A stretch of 64,000 nt of DNA from positions 96,001 through 160,000 of the forward strand of contig CAVVHS010000006.1 of NCBI GenBank assembly GCA_963748215.1, written 5' to 3'. This DNA comes from an uncultured Gammaproteobacteria bacterium. GTDB taxonomy: Bacteria > Pseudomonadota > Gammaproteobacteria > UBA9214. Position 1 is the first letter of the stretch, and every line of letters begins with the position of its first letter. The position numbers and the translations under genes are program-made. The notes under the pieces are model-generated. The model had not been told where the DNA came from. It saw only the letters and a list, made by a program, of their open reading frames with translations, and did no database searches. Positions 10,140 to 19,852 of this stretch are shown piece by piece.

Positions 10140-11408
10140 ATGAGTGACAGACTGGCGCGCGGTATCGAGGCCATGCGGACACAGATGGATACCCGCGTGA
10201 TGTCCTACATGTCCAGCTGTGTGCATTGCGGCATTTGTGCGGAGGCCTGTCTGTTCTACACGGAAACGGGTGACGCCCGCTACACACCGATCTACAAGAC
10301 CGAGCCCCTGCGCAAGCTGTGGCGTCAGGAATATACCTTCTGGGGCAAGCTCGCCGCCGGCATGGGACTGGGTAAAAAACTGACCGAGGACGACTTCGCC
10401 GACTGGGAGGAACTGGTCTACGACAGCTGCACCATGTGCAGCCGCTGCAGCATGGTGTGCCCGGTGGGTATCGATATCGCCTATCTCATCCGCAAGGTGA
10501 AAGAAGGGCTGTCCGCCGCAGGGTTCTCGCCGCCGGACCTGGTCGAGGCCGGCAAGCGGGCGCTGGAAATCGGCAGCCCCATGGGTGTCACCCTGGCGAC
10601 CCTGAAAGCCACCATCCGGGTGCAGGAACAGGAGACCGGCCTGGAGATACCGCTTGACCTGGAGGGTGCCGAGTACCTGTTGTTGCTGTCGTCCGGCGAA
10701 ATTGCCGGCTTCCCGGAATTCATCGGGTCGGTGGCGAAGATATTCAAGGCCGCCGGCGTATCATGGACCCTCAGCGGCGACTACTTCGAGGCGACCAATA
10801 CCGGTGTGCAACTCGGCGACTCGAAGCTGGCGGCAACGCTGGTCGAGCGCGTTGTGGCCGCAGCCGGAAAGCTGAACGTGAAAGCCGTTATCAGTCCCGA
10901 GTGCGGCCATGCCTACTCCACCATTCGCTGGGATGCCCCGAACTTCATCGGTCGGCCGCTGCCGTTCAGGGTGGTGCATATCATGGAACTGCTGGATGAG
11001 TTGCGGCGCGATGGACGTCTGAAAACCGACGGCGTTACCGACGAACGGCTCAGCTACCACGACCCCTGCAACGCCGCGCGCCGTGGCGGTGTGCTGGATC
11101 AGCCACGCAAGCTGCTGAACATGGTCGCGCCGAACTTTGTCGAGCTGCCCGAGACCGGCGCCATGAACTGGTGCTGCGGAGGTGGTGGCGGCGTGAGCTC
11201 CAACGAGCGTGCCAACGCGTTGCGCATACGGGTCTTCAGTGTCAAGAAACGGCAGCTGAATGCGGTAAAGGTTCAGGGGCTGGTCACTGCCTGTTCAAAC
11301 TGCCGGCACATGCTGGAAGACGGCCTGGAAGCCAACGATATACAGGATATCGAGCTGCTGGGCATGACCGAGCTGATTGCGAATCATCTGGTCGAAGAGC
11401 CAGGGTGA
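10140..11408 (+). CDS. CCG-domain (Fe-S)-binding oxidoreductase (TmcB/HmcF/HdrD-like)
   Basis: CVHCGICAEAC, CTMCSRCSMVCP, ECGH, YHDPC, CCGGGGG, TACSNC. Confidence 0.85.
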   Translation: MSDRLARGIEAMRTQMDTRVMSYMSSCVHCGICAEACLFYTETGDARYTPIYKTEPLRKLWRQEYTFWGKLAAGMGLGKKLTEDDFADWEELVYDSCTMCSRCSMVCPVGIDIAYLIRKVKEGLSAAGFSPPDLVEAGKRALEIGSPMGVTLATLKATIRVQEQETGLEIPLDLEGAEYLLLLSSGEIAGFPEFIGSVAKIFKAAGVSWTLSGDYFEATNTGVQLGDSKLAATLVERVVAAAGKLNVKAVISPECGHAYSTIRWDAPNFIGRPLPFRVVHIMELLDELRRDGRLKTDGVTDERLSYHDPCNAARRGGVLDQPRKLLNMVAPNFVELPETGAMNWCCGGGGGVSSNERANALRIRVFSVKKRQLNAVKVQGLVTACSNCRHMLEDGLEANDIQDIELLGMTELIANHLVEEPG

Positions 11409-11426
11409 CCGGTACCGACGGCGGCG

Positions 11427-11924
11427 TCAGTCTTCGTGTTGAGCTGCATCCTCCGCGTTCCACTCGCCGCTGCGACCGCCGGACTTGTGCAGCAGGCGCA
11501 CGCCGTCGATTACCATGCCACGGTCAACGGCCTTGCACATGTCGTAGATGGTCAGCGCGGCCACGGAGGCGGCAGTCAGCGCCTCCATCTCCACCCCCGT
11601 CGCACCCTTGAGCCGGCAGGCCGTGATGATGTGTACGCGGCTGCCGGGCTTGTCCAGCACGATGTCGACGTCGATGCCGGTCAGCATCAGGGGGTGGCAC
11701 AGCGGGATGAGATCGGCACAGCGCTTGGCGGCCTGGATGCCGGCGATGCGGGCAACGGCAATGACATCGCCTTTCCTGTGTCCGCCGGTCTCGATGAGCG
11801 TGAGCGTGTCTTGCGACATCCGCACCCAGGCCTCGGCGCGAGCCTCGCGTGCGGTCTCCGTCTTGTCGCCGACATCGACCATGCGGGCCGTGCCATGGGC
11901 GTCGATATGGGTTAAATTGTTCAT
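11427..11924 (-). CDS. moaC: Cyclic pyranopterin monophosphate synthase MoaC
   Basis: [40 protein letters not shown]; real start is ATG 11924, inside the longer track ORF. Confidence 0.95.
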   Translation of the reverse strand: MNNLTHIDAHGTARMVDVGDKTETAREARAEAWVRMSQDTLTLIETGGHRKGDVIAVARIAGIQAAKRCADLIPLCHPLMLTGIDVDIVLDKPGSRVHIITACRLKGATGVEMEALTAASVAALTIYDMCKAVDRGMVIDGVRLLHKSGGRSGEWNAEDAAQHED

Positions 11925-11960
11925 CGGGGTTATCCTGAAACCAGACAGTGAATATTGCCC

Positions 11961-12770
11961 ATGAAACGGTATTTTGCAAATCTTCCTTGCCTGGCTTTCG
12001 CGTTGTTTGCCACGCTTGCCATGGCCGGTGAGCCGGCGCTGGTGCGCATGGCCACCACCACGAGCACGGAAAATTCCGGCCTGTTTGACGTGATACAGCC
12101 GGTTTTCGAGCGCTCGCTCGACATCCGGGTGCACGTCATCGCAGTCGGTACCGGCAAGGCGCTGGAGCTGGGACGGCGCGGTGATGTCGACGTGGTCCTG
12201 GTGCATGCGAAGGCGGCCGAGGAGGCCTTCGTCAGGGACGGTTATGGCCTTGCACGCCACGAGATCATGTACAACGATTTTGTTATTGTCGGGCCGCCCG
12301 CGGATCCGGCCGGGGTGCGGGGCCTGCAGGATGCCGGCAAGGCGTTTGCCAGAATCGCCGCGGCGTCCGCGACCTTTGTCTCGCGCGGTGATGACTCGGG
12401 CACCCACAAGAAAGAGAACACCATCTGGCAACAGGCGGCTGTCCAGCCGCAGGGCGACTGGTACCGGCAGGTCGGCCAGGGCATGGGCAGTACGCTGCAG
12501 ATCGCCGGGGAAATGGCAGGCTACACACTGGTCGATCGCGGCACCTGGCTGGCGTACCGGGCCAGCAGCCCGCTGGCTTTGCTGGTATCGGGCGGGGAGG
12601 AACTGAATAATCCCTATGGCATCATTGCCGTCAATCCGGAGCGCTTCCCGGACGTCAATTACAGGGATGCGCAGCGCCTGATCGACTGGTTTGCCTCGCC
12701 CGAGGCGCACGCCCTGATTGCCGGCTACCAGGTCGATGGGGAACAGTTGTTCTACCCGGTAGCGAACTGA
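11961..12770 (+). CDS. tupA: Tungstate ABC transporter substrate-binding protein
   Basis: Signal peptide; TupA signature [11 protein letters not shown]; [15 protein letters not shown]. Confidence 0.92.
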   Translation: MKRYFANLPCLAFALFATLAMAGEPALVRMATTTSTENSGLFDVIQPVFERSLDIRVHVIAVGTGKALELGRRGDVDVVLVHAKAAEEAFVRDGYGLARHEIMYNDFVIVGPPADPAGVRGLQDAGKAFARIAAASATFVSRGDDSGTHKKENTIWQQAAVQPQGDWYRQVGQGMGSTLQIAGEMAGYTLVDRGTWLAYRASSPLALLVSGGEELNNPYGIIAVNPERFPDVNYRDAQRLIDWFASPEAHALIAGYQVDGEQLFYPVAN

Positions 12771-12773
12771 TCC

Positions 12774-13475
12774 ATGGACAGTCTGACTGCCGCCACTGCC
12801 GAATCATTCCGTCTGCTGTTCTCGGGCAATGCAGATCTGTGGATCATCATCTTCACCTCGTTCAGCGTGTCGGTGAAGGCGATCCTGATCGCCGCGCCGC
12901 TAGCCTTCGTGGTGGCCTTCATGATGGCCCACCTGCGCTACCCGGGAAGGCGCGCGATGGTCGCCGGTTTCAGTGCCCTGCAGTCGATACCGGCCGTCGT
13001 CGTCGGCCTGACTGTCTACCTGGTATTGTCGCGCAGTGGCCCGCTCGGTGACCTCAAGCTGCTGTTCACCCATACCTCCATGGTTATCGGCCAGATCCTG
13101 CTGTCGCTTCCCCTGCTGGTCGCCCTGGGTCACGCGGCATTCCAGGCCGCTGACCGCCGGGTCTGGGAAACCTCCGTCACCCTGGGCGCAACACCCGGCC
13201 GCGCCTTCCTGACACTGGTACATGAGGTGCGTTTCGGCCTGATCGCTGCCTTGATTGCCGGTTTCGGGCGCATCATTGCCGAGGTTGGCTGTTCGATGAT
13301 GGTTGGCGGAAATATACTGGGTTACACGCGCAACATACCGACGGCGATTGCGCTGGAGACGACCAAGGGCGAGTTCGCACAGGCCATTGCGCTGGGAATG
13401 GTGCTGCTGACGCTGGCCTTGCTCCTGAACGGAATGCTGGCGTTTTTCCAGGGCCGCGGGGTGATGACATCATGA
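12774..13475 (+). CDS. tupB: Tungstate ABC transporter permease
   Basis: Hydrophobic; [25 protein letters not shown]. Confidence 0.9.
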   Translation: MDSLTAATAESFRLLFSGNADLWIIIFTSFSVSVKAILIAAPLAFVVAFMMAHLRYPGRRAMVAGFSALQSIPAVVVGLTVYLVLSRSGPLGDLKLLFTHTSMVIGQILLSLPLLVALGHAAFQAADRRVWETSVTLGATPGRAFLTLVHEVRFGLIAALIAGFGRIIAEVGCSMMVGGNILGYTRNIPTAIALETTKGEFAQAIALGMVLLTLALLLNGMLAFFQGRGVMTS

Positions 13476-14170
13476 AGGAAATACTGCGCTACAACGGCCT
13501 GCGAAAGTCGGTTCACGGCCGGCCGGTACTCGCTATCGATGCACTGGAAATACATGAGCACAGCTGTGTCGCGCTGAGCGGCAGGAACGGTGCAGGCAAG
13601 TCGACACTCATGCGGATCATCGCTGGCCTCGAGACGCCGGACAGCGCGACAATCCATTTCGAGGGGCAAGTGCTTTCGTGGCGCCGGGTCTGCAAGCGGA
13701 TGCATGGCCAGGTTATTTACCTGCACCAGAATCCCTACCTGTTCGATTGCAGCGTGACTGACAATATTGCCTATGGACTGCGCCGCCGCGGCCTGTCGCT
13801 GCGGGAGATATCCAGCAAAGTCTCGGAAGCGCTGGACTGGGCCGGCATCGGTCACCTGCAGTTGCGCAACGCGCATGACCTGTCGGGCGGCGAGCGGGCG
13901 CGGGTTGCCTTTGCGCGTGCCCGGATTCTCCGCCCGCGGATCCTGCTGCTGGACGAGCCGACCGCCAACATGGACTACGAGTCGCGCGGCCAGGCCTACC
14001 GCATGATCAAGCAGCTGAAGGATGATGGCGTCAGCATAATGATCGCGACCCATGAATTTCAAACCATCGCACACTTGTGTGATGATCACCTCTCACTCGA
14101 GTCGGGTGTGCTCAAGCTGCAGCCGATGGAAAAGGAAGTCGGAGAACGCAAGATCATCCCCTATGGCTGA
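13472..14170 (+). CDS. tupC: Tungstate ABC transporter ATPase
   Basis: Walker A GRNGAGKS, LSGGE, LLLDEPT, ATH. Confidence 0.88.
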   Translation: MKEILRYNGLRKSVHGRPVLAIDALEIHEHSCVALSGRNGAGKSTLMRIIAGLETPDSATIHFEGQVLSWRRVCKRMHGQVIYLHQNPYLFDCSVTDNIAYGLRRRGLSLREISSKVSEALDWAGIGHLQLRNAHDLSGGERARVAFARARILRPRILLLDEPTANMDYESRGQAYRMIKQLKDDGVSIMIATHEFQTIAHLCDDHLSLESGVLKLQPMEKEVGERKIIPYG

Positions 14171-14345
14171 GAGGTGCGGCAAGTGGCCGCAGGTTCCACG
14201 ATAGTGAAACAGCGTTTACCCACGCCCGACAGGGGGAGGGCGCTGGCATGCTGGCTGCCAGGCGGATTGCTTCCCTGTCACGCCCGCCAGGAGAAGGGCC
14301 GGCATTTCATCCAGATTTGAAACAAACGCTTTCAGGATATCTGCT

Positions 14346-15617
14346 ATGCATGAAAATGAAATACAGCATCAACCCGGCTGTGAAGACGAACTGAATACCG
14401 GCCTGCTCACCGTCGCACAGGCGCAGGCACGGATCCTCGCAGGCGTCACGCCGGTCACCGCGTCTGAAACCCTGCCGGTGCGCGAGGCACTGGGACGCGT
14501 ACTTGCACAAGACATCGTATCTCCCATTGACGTTCCCTCGCACACCAATTCCGCGATGGACGGCTATGCCGTACGTGCCGCCGATCTGCCTGCCAGTGGC
14601 GTGCGCGAATTCCCGGTGCCCGGCACCTCCTGGGCCGGACGCCCGTGGCTGACGCCCATTGAACCCGGCCAGGCGGTGCAGATCATGACCGGTGGCATGA
14701 TGCCGGCAGGCGCGGATACGGTCGTGATGCAGGAGCAGGTCGAACGTGAAGGTGACACGGTGCGCATCGGCGCCGGTCACCGTTGCGGGCAGAATGTGCG
14801 CGCGGCCGGCGAGGACCTGACCGCCGGCCAGCAGGTGTTCACGGCAGGCAAGCAGCTGACGGCTGCCGATATCGGCGTGCTGGCCTCACTCGGGATGAGC
14901 GAGGTCAGTGTCTATCGCCGGCTGAAGGTGGCCTTCTTTTCCACCGGCGATGAACTGCGCTCGGTGGGCGAGACGCTGGGTCCCGGCGAGATCTACGACA
15001 GCAACCGCTACACCCTGTATGGCATGCTGAAGAAACTCGATGTCGAGATCATCGACATGGGTGTGGTGCGCGACGAGCGCGAACTTGTCGAGCAGGCGTT
15101 TCATGATGCCGCAGCCAGCGCCGATGCCATCATTACCTCCGGCGGTGTGTCGGTGGGTGAGGCGGACTACGTCAAGGAGACGCTGGAGAAGCTCGGCAAC
15201 ATGGCGTTCTGGAAGATCGCCATGAAGCCCGGGCGGCCGGTGACCTTCGGCCGCATCAACGATGCGGTATTCTTCGGTCTGCCGGGGAACCCGGTCTCGG
15301 TCATGGTGACCTATTTCCAGTTCGTTCGTCCGGCGTTGTTGAAGATGGCCGGGGAGACAGGGGCGCTCGGGGCCTTTACACTGCACGCGCGCGCGGCCTC
15401 CGCATTGAGAAAACGCCCCGGCCGTTATGAATTCCAGCGTGGTGTGCTGGAGCAATCCGCCCCGGGTGAATTTACCGTGCGCAGCGCCGGCGCGCAGGGT
15501 TCCGGTATCCTGCGCTCCATGAGCGAAGCCAACTGCTTTATCCTGCTCGACCCTGACCGCACCAGTGTAGAGATCGGTGAGGAAGTCGAAGTCCAGCCAT
15601 TCCAAAACCTTATTTGA
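14346..15617 (+). CDS. moeA: Molybdopterin molybdotransferase MoeA
   Basis: SAMDGYA, STGDEL, SGGVSVGEAD, MKPGRP, GLPGNP. Confidence 0.95.
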   Translation: MHENEIQHQPGCEDELNTGLLTVAQAQARILAGVTPVTASETLPVREALGRVLAQDIVSPIDVPSHTNSAMDGYAVRAADLPASGVREFPVPGTSWAGRPWLTPIEPGQAVQIMTGGMMPAGADTVVMQEQVEREGDTVRIGAGHRCGQNVRAAGEDLTAGQQVFTAGKQLTAADIGVLASLGMSEVSVYRRLKVAFFSTGDELRSVGETLGPGEIYDSNRYTLYGMLKKLDVEIIDMGVVRDERELVEQAFHDAAASADAIITSGGVSVGEADYVKETLEKLGNMAFWKIAMKPGRPVTFGRINDAVFFGLPGNPVSVMVTYFQFVRPALLKMAGETGALGAFTLHARAASALRKRPGRYEFQRGVLEQSAPGEFTVRSAGAQGSGILRSMSEANCFILLDPDRTSVEIGEEVEVQPFQNLI

Positions 15618-15632
15618 GGCGCGAGAGCCAGC

Positions 15633-16166
15633 ATGCCAGACAACCCCAATAAACGTGAATTCAAGCCACTGAACATCGCGGTCATGACGGTTTCCGATAC
15701 GCGTACCGACGCGACGGACAAGTCCGGTGACACGCTGGTAAAACTGCTGACCGGGGCCGGTCATACGCTGGCCGAAAAGCGTATCGTCCCGGATGACATT
15801 TACCGGATACGCGCCGTTATCTCGCAGTGGATTGCCGATGCTGGCATCAATGCGGTTATCACCACGGGTGGTACCGGTATTACCGGGCGTGACAGCACGC
15901 CGGAAGCCATTACGGTTCTGTTCGACAAGCAGATCGACGGCTTCGGCGAGGTGTTTCGTGCCGTGTCCTTTGAGGAGATCAATACCTCGACCATCCAGTC
16001 GCGGGCTGTGGCCGGCGTCGCCAACGCCACTTTCATCTTCTGCCTGCCGGGGTCCACCGGCGCCTGCCGTACCGGCTGGGGCAAGCTGATCAGCCACCAG
16101 CTCGACTACCGCACACGTCCCTGCAACCTGGTGGAACTGATGCCGCGGGTGCTGGAAAAGGGTTGA
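15633..16166 (+). CDS. moaB: Molybdenum cofactor biosynthesis protein MoaB
   Basis: TVSDTR, DKSG, TGGTGITGRDSTPEA, LPGSTGAC. Confidence 0.93.
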   Translation: MPDNPNKREFKPLNIAVMTVSDTRTDATDKSGDTLVKLLTGAGHTLAEKRIVPDDIYRIRAVISQWIADAGINAVITTGGTGITGRDSTPEAITVLFDKQIDGFGEVFRAVSFEEINTSTIQSRAVAGVANATFIFCLPGSTGACRTGWGKLISHQLDYRTRPCNLVELMPRVLEKG

Positions 16167-16245
16167 GTAGCACCGGTTTTTGTCGTTCCCGGGAATGCGT
16201 GCATCCGGCCCGCGGGATCATCGTGCTGCCTCGGCTACTGTTTAC

Positions 16246-16747
16246 CTAGCCCGTATTTCTCACCGGGATCCCGGAAGCTGGCGCACGACTGCAGGGATGC
16301 AGGAGGTAGGGCAACGCAGGGAGCAGTTGCCGAGGGCTCGTGTGACCGGATGCCGCTCTGGAATGAAAGATCCGCTCGAGGCGCAGAGCAGGGGCCCCGG
16401 CGCAGCCGGGGATGCGACCGCCGGTGAGCGGAAAATCGCTTCGAGTACCGCCGCGGATTTTCGCTCCACCGGGGGTCAGATCCCTACCGCTGCGCGGCGG
16501 GGCCCCTCTTCCGCCCCTCGAACCGATGCGGCCGTAGCTACCACTTGAATGAACAGGTCGCTCCCGACTTCCTGTCTCCCGCGACACTTGAACGTCCCTG
16601 TACATCGCAAGTACGGGTGCACGAGAACCAGCCAGGGCCGGGATAGGCACCGCCCATTGACACACTGTTTCGTGTCAAATGGGTATTCGTTTCATGGTTT
16701 CAGCTCTTTAGGTCGGGCCTCGCCGCCCGGTGAGAAATACGGGCTAG
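16246..16747. mobile_element. MITE-like non-autonomous element with 22-bp perfect terminal inverted repeats, inserted at CTAG in the mobB 3' end
   Basis: ctagcccgtatttctcaccggg (16246-16267) is the exact reverse complement of cccggtgagaaatacgggctag (16726-16747); no transposase inside. Confidence 0.8.
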
Positions 16748-17248
16748 CCACATTAAAATAAAATCTGTCACCCCGGCGGCATTGTTGATGTCCAGTAGCG
16801 GCAAATCGCCGGTGTCTGTCGCTGCATCCGTGGCCACTGCGATGATGCTGTCATCTCCCGGGTATAGTAGTGGATGTCCCAGCGCTGGCCGGTGTAACTC
16901 GATGCGTGTGTAGGGCACATGTTTGAAACCCTCGACCAGTACCAGGTCGATGCTGTCCTGGTCCAGCCTTTTGACCAGGTCATCCAGTACCGGGTCGCCG
17001 ATACTGTCGTTTTCCGTCATCAGGGCCCAGCGCCGGTCCGAGGCCACCAGCATCTGCCGGGCGCCGGCCTTGCGCAGCTCGTAACTGTCCTTGCCCGGCT
17101 TGTCGATATCGAAGTCATGGTGGGCATGCTTTATGACGCCGACACGCACGCCCCGATCCGCCAGTAGCGGGATCAGTTGTTTCAACAGGGTGGTCTTGCC
17201 GGTGCCGCTGTAGGCGGCAAAGCCCAGTACCGGTTTCGAGTATGTCAT
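16700..17248 (-). CDS. mobB: Molybdopterin-guanine dinucleotide biosynthesis protein MobB
   Basis: GFAAYSGTGKTTL, IKHAHHDFDID.PGKDS, LVEGFK; start ATG 17248; last ~14 codons come from the MITE. Confidence 0.92.
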   Translation of the reverse strand: MTYSKPVLGFAAYSGTGKTTLLKQLIPLLADRGVRVGVIKHAHHDFDIDKPGKDSYELRKAGARQMLVASDRRWALMTENDSIGDPVLDDLVKRLDQDSIDLVLVEGFKHVPYTRIELHRPALGHPLLYPGDDSIIAVATDAATDTGDLPLLDINNAAGVTDFILMWLARISHRAARPDLKS

Positions 17249-17675
17249 CCAGGCAGTGTACCCTGTGGGTGGCGAATTCCTGAATGATGCGGTGATTGGG
17301 GTCTGAAAAAGTCCGTTGCAGCAGGATGTTCTGCCCTGTCGACTGTTCTGCAACGTCCATACGCAGGTCCCGGGCTGGCCTTTATCCGGCAACTGCCGGC
17401 GAATTTCCCCCGTCTGCCGCGCCGTGGCATCAATGCAACCAGGGTGGAGTTGACCATAATGCCTGCCGCGCCTCCCGGCAGAGATCATTCGACAGCAGTT
17501 CCGTGATCTGGCATGTAAAGGTCGGCGTCTGAAAATGAGCATATGCCGATGAGGTGTTCGCCGGCGGCGCCTGGTAACAGCATGATTGAATCCTCAGATC
17601 GGACGGTCGCGGCCGCGGGGGATTATGAGACAGGTTCCTAACCAGGCCGGACGGGACCTGATTGACCGGTCAGGC

Positions 17676-19203
17676 TCAATTCCCGGTTTGTTGCCGGTTG
17701 TCGGGTCCTGACTGGTCCCAGGCAGTTTGGAGATGCTGATCGCGGCCGTAGGGGTCATCCCGAAAATGTAGCTTCCCTTCGTCATCACTCCAGACATTCA
17801 TATAAAGCAGATAGACCGGAACCGTATGCTTCAGCGTGACATTCCGTGTCGTGCCGGCATCCAGCGCCGCCCGAATCGCGTCACGATCCATCTGCTGGTC
17901 CGATGCCAGCAGATATTCCGCCAGCAGCATGGGTTCTTCGATACGGATACAGCCAGAGCTGAAGGTCCGGCCCGGGAGCCGGAACAGGATCTTGTTCGGT
18001 GAATCGTGCAGGTAGATGTCGTACGGGTTTTCGAATGAGAACTTCAGGCGCCCCAGGCTGTTGTCCGGGCCGGCGTCCTGCCTGAGGGTGTAGGCGAAAT
18101 TGCGTGGCGTCAGGCTCGACCAGTCGACCGCCTGTATATTCACTTCGCGCCCGTCCTGCGTGGAGAATACCCGAATCCGGTTCCTGTCCAGAAATGTCCT
18201 GTCCTCGCGCTGCAGCGGTAACAGGTCTTCCACCGCGATGGTATGGGGGACCGTCCAGGTGGGGTTGAAGGTAATCAGCTCGATGTGGCCCTGCAGGTCG
18301 GGTGTCTGCCGGTAGGCACGGCCCACAATGGCGCGCATGGAAAGCAGGGGTTTGTCGTGTTCGATAAGCTGCAACTCCGCTGCCACGATGTTGACCCGGA
18401 TATAGCGGTCTCCCATGTTGCGTGGCAACCAGCGCCAGCGTTCCAGGGTGATCCTGACCTGTTCGATCCGTTTCTCCACCGGCACATTGAGCGCTTCGAG
18501 TGTGCGGGCTCCGACCACGCCATCAATCCAGAGCCCGTGCTCCGCCTGAAACCGGCGCACCGCGGCGTCGAGCCCGGCATCGAAATACAGCGGATCGGCC
18601 TGCATCTCCGCCGTGTAATGACCGCTGATGCGCAGCCGGTTGCGCAAGGGGATCACGCGCTCGTCGCGTGTGCCGGGGTGCAGGTCATCGCCGGCAGGGA
18701 ATCAGCGGCCAGCCACCCGCGGCGCGTATGTCGAGCAGCTGCCGCAGCGTGTCGCGCAAGCGCCGGTACTGCGGGTGCGGCGGCAGCAGTGCCTCGTGGT
18801 ATGCCTCGACCGCGGCGGCCGTGTCGAAAGCGGGTAGCGGGATATGCGCATCCCGTGGCTGGCGGGTCAGGTGCCAGCCCGGATCCAGGGCGGGATCGAG
18901 GCGCCCCTGCGACAGGTCGCGGCCGTAGCGCGCGAACGCCTCATCCAGATGCCGGGAAAATTCGCGGAGGCTGGTCGCCGGGCCGGCCGGCCAGCTGTTC
19001 CAGTTCCTCCACGGCATAGTCGGAGGGCTCCAGCCCTTCGCTCTCGGCGCGATGCAGCAGCTCGAGTTGCGCCCGTTGCGCGGTGCCCGGCAGGCTCTCG
19101 CGGCGGCTATTGCACCGATAGCTACGACAACGCAGGCAAGCAGGCAGGGAGAAAACAGGCAGAGTGAAAAAAATATCCCCGCCGGGGCGGGGATGGTTTG
19201 CAT
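17676..19203 (-). pseudogene. YcbB/LdtD-type murein L,D-transpeptidase, frameshifted (probably sequence error)
   Basis: Peptidoglycan-binding domain (AVRRFQAEHGL.DG), RWRWLP, YLHDSP...SSGCIR catalytic His/Cys; N-terminal part (AESEGLEPSDY, PPHPQYRRL) is split over frames by ~3 indels. Confidence 0.8.
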
Positions 19204-19245
19204 TCACGTTATAGCTGCCGGACGGGAACATGCCCGTTACAGCGG

Positions 19246-19781
19246 TCAGGCCTTGCGGCGTGCCAGTCCCAGCAGGCCGAGGCCGCTGAGCATCAGCCAG
19301 AGGGCGCCGGGCAGGGGGACGATGGTAACTGCGGTGGAGTGAACTGCGAAGAAATACGTGATTCTGGTTTGCGATGAAGCTGCCGAGGCCATTGCCGTCT
19401 GCCAGGCCGATATCCGCTGATACCGGTGGTGGCATTCGATGTGAAAGTATAGGTGCCGATGGTGCCGTAAATCCAACTGTGGTCCGAAACCCAGCTTTAC
19501 CGTATTCAGGCTGCCGGTGGTTCCTCGTCGGTGCCCTGTAATTCCGCTGATGCTTTCCGCGAAGCCATGAACGTCAGGAGTGTCGGGTCGTAGCTGATCA
19601 GAACCTGGCCGGAGTAATCCGGATCTGAAATATCGCTGGCATCCAGATCCAGATCCAGTGTGAATGTCTGGTTTGTTCCGACCGTGAGTGCCGACGGGGT
19701 TAGTGAGATTGATGCTGCAAACACCGCGGACCACCCGACTGTCAGGGCCAGGGCCAGCAATGCCTTAAATCCGGTTGTCAT
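19246..19781 (-). pseudogene. VPLPA-CTERM (PEP-CTERM-like exosortase target) small surface protein, frameshifted
   Basis: Signal peptide MTTGFKALLALAL...AVFA in one frame; C-terminal VPLPGALWLMLSGLGLLGLARRKA in another; middle part in a third frame. Confidence 0.78.
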
Positions 19782-19852
19782 TTCATTTCGTGCTCCTTCA
19801 AGGAACTGGTTTGATTTTATTGTCGCAATGTACTTCGGGTCGCTGGATTCCG

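Noticed and set aside
11427-12710. 427-aa MoaC fusion given by the ORF track
   Set aside because: The N-terminal extension is the antisense of tupA; the MoaC-like sequence starts at 11924
14171-14345. Moco/Wco riboswitch upstream of moeA
   Set aside because: Position is suggestive, but I could not match the conserved motif by eye; needs an Infernal/Rfam scan
17249-17675. Small gene or element in the mobB upstream region
   Set aside because: Only short ORFs without motifs and weak inverted repeats; nothing supportable
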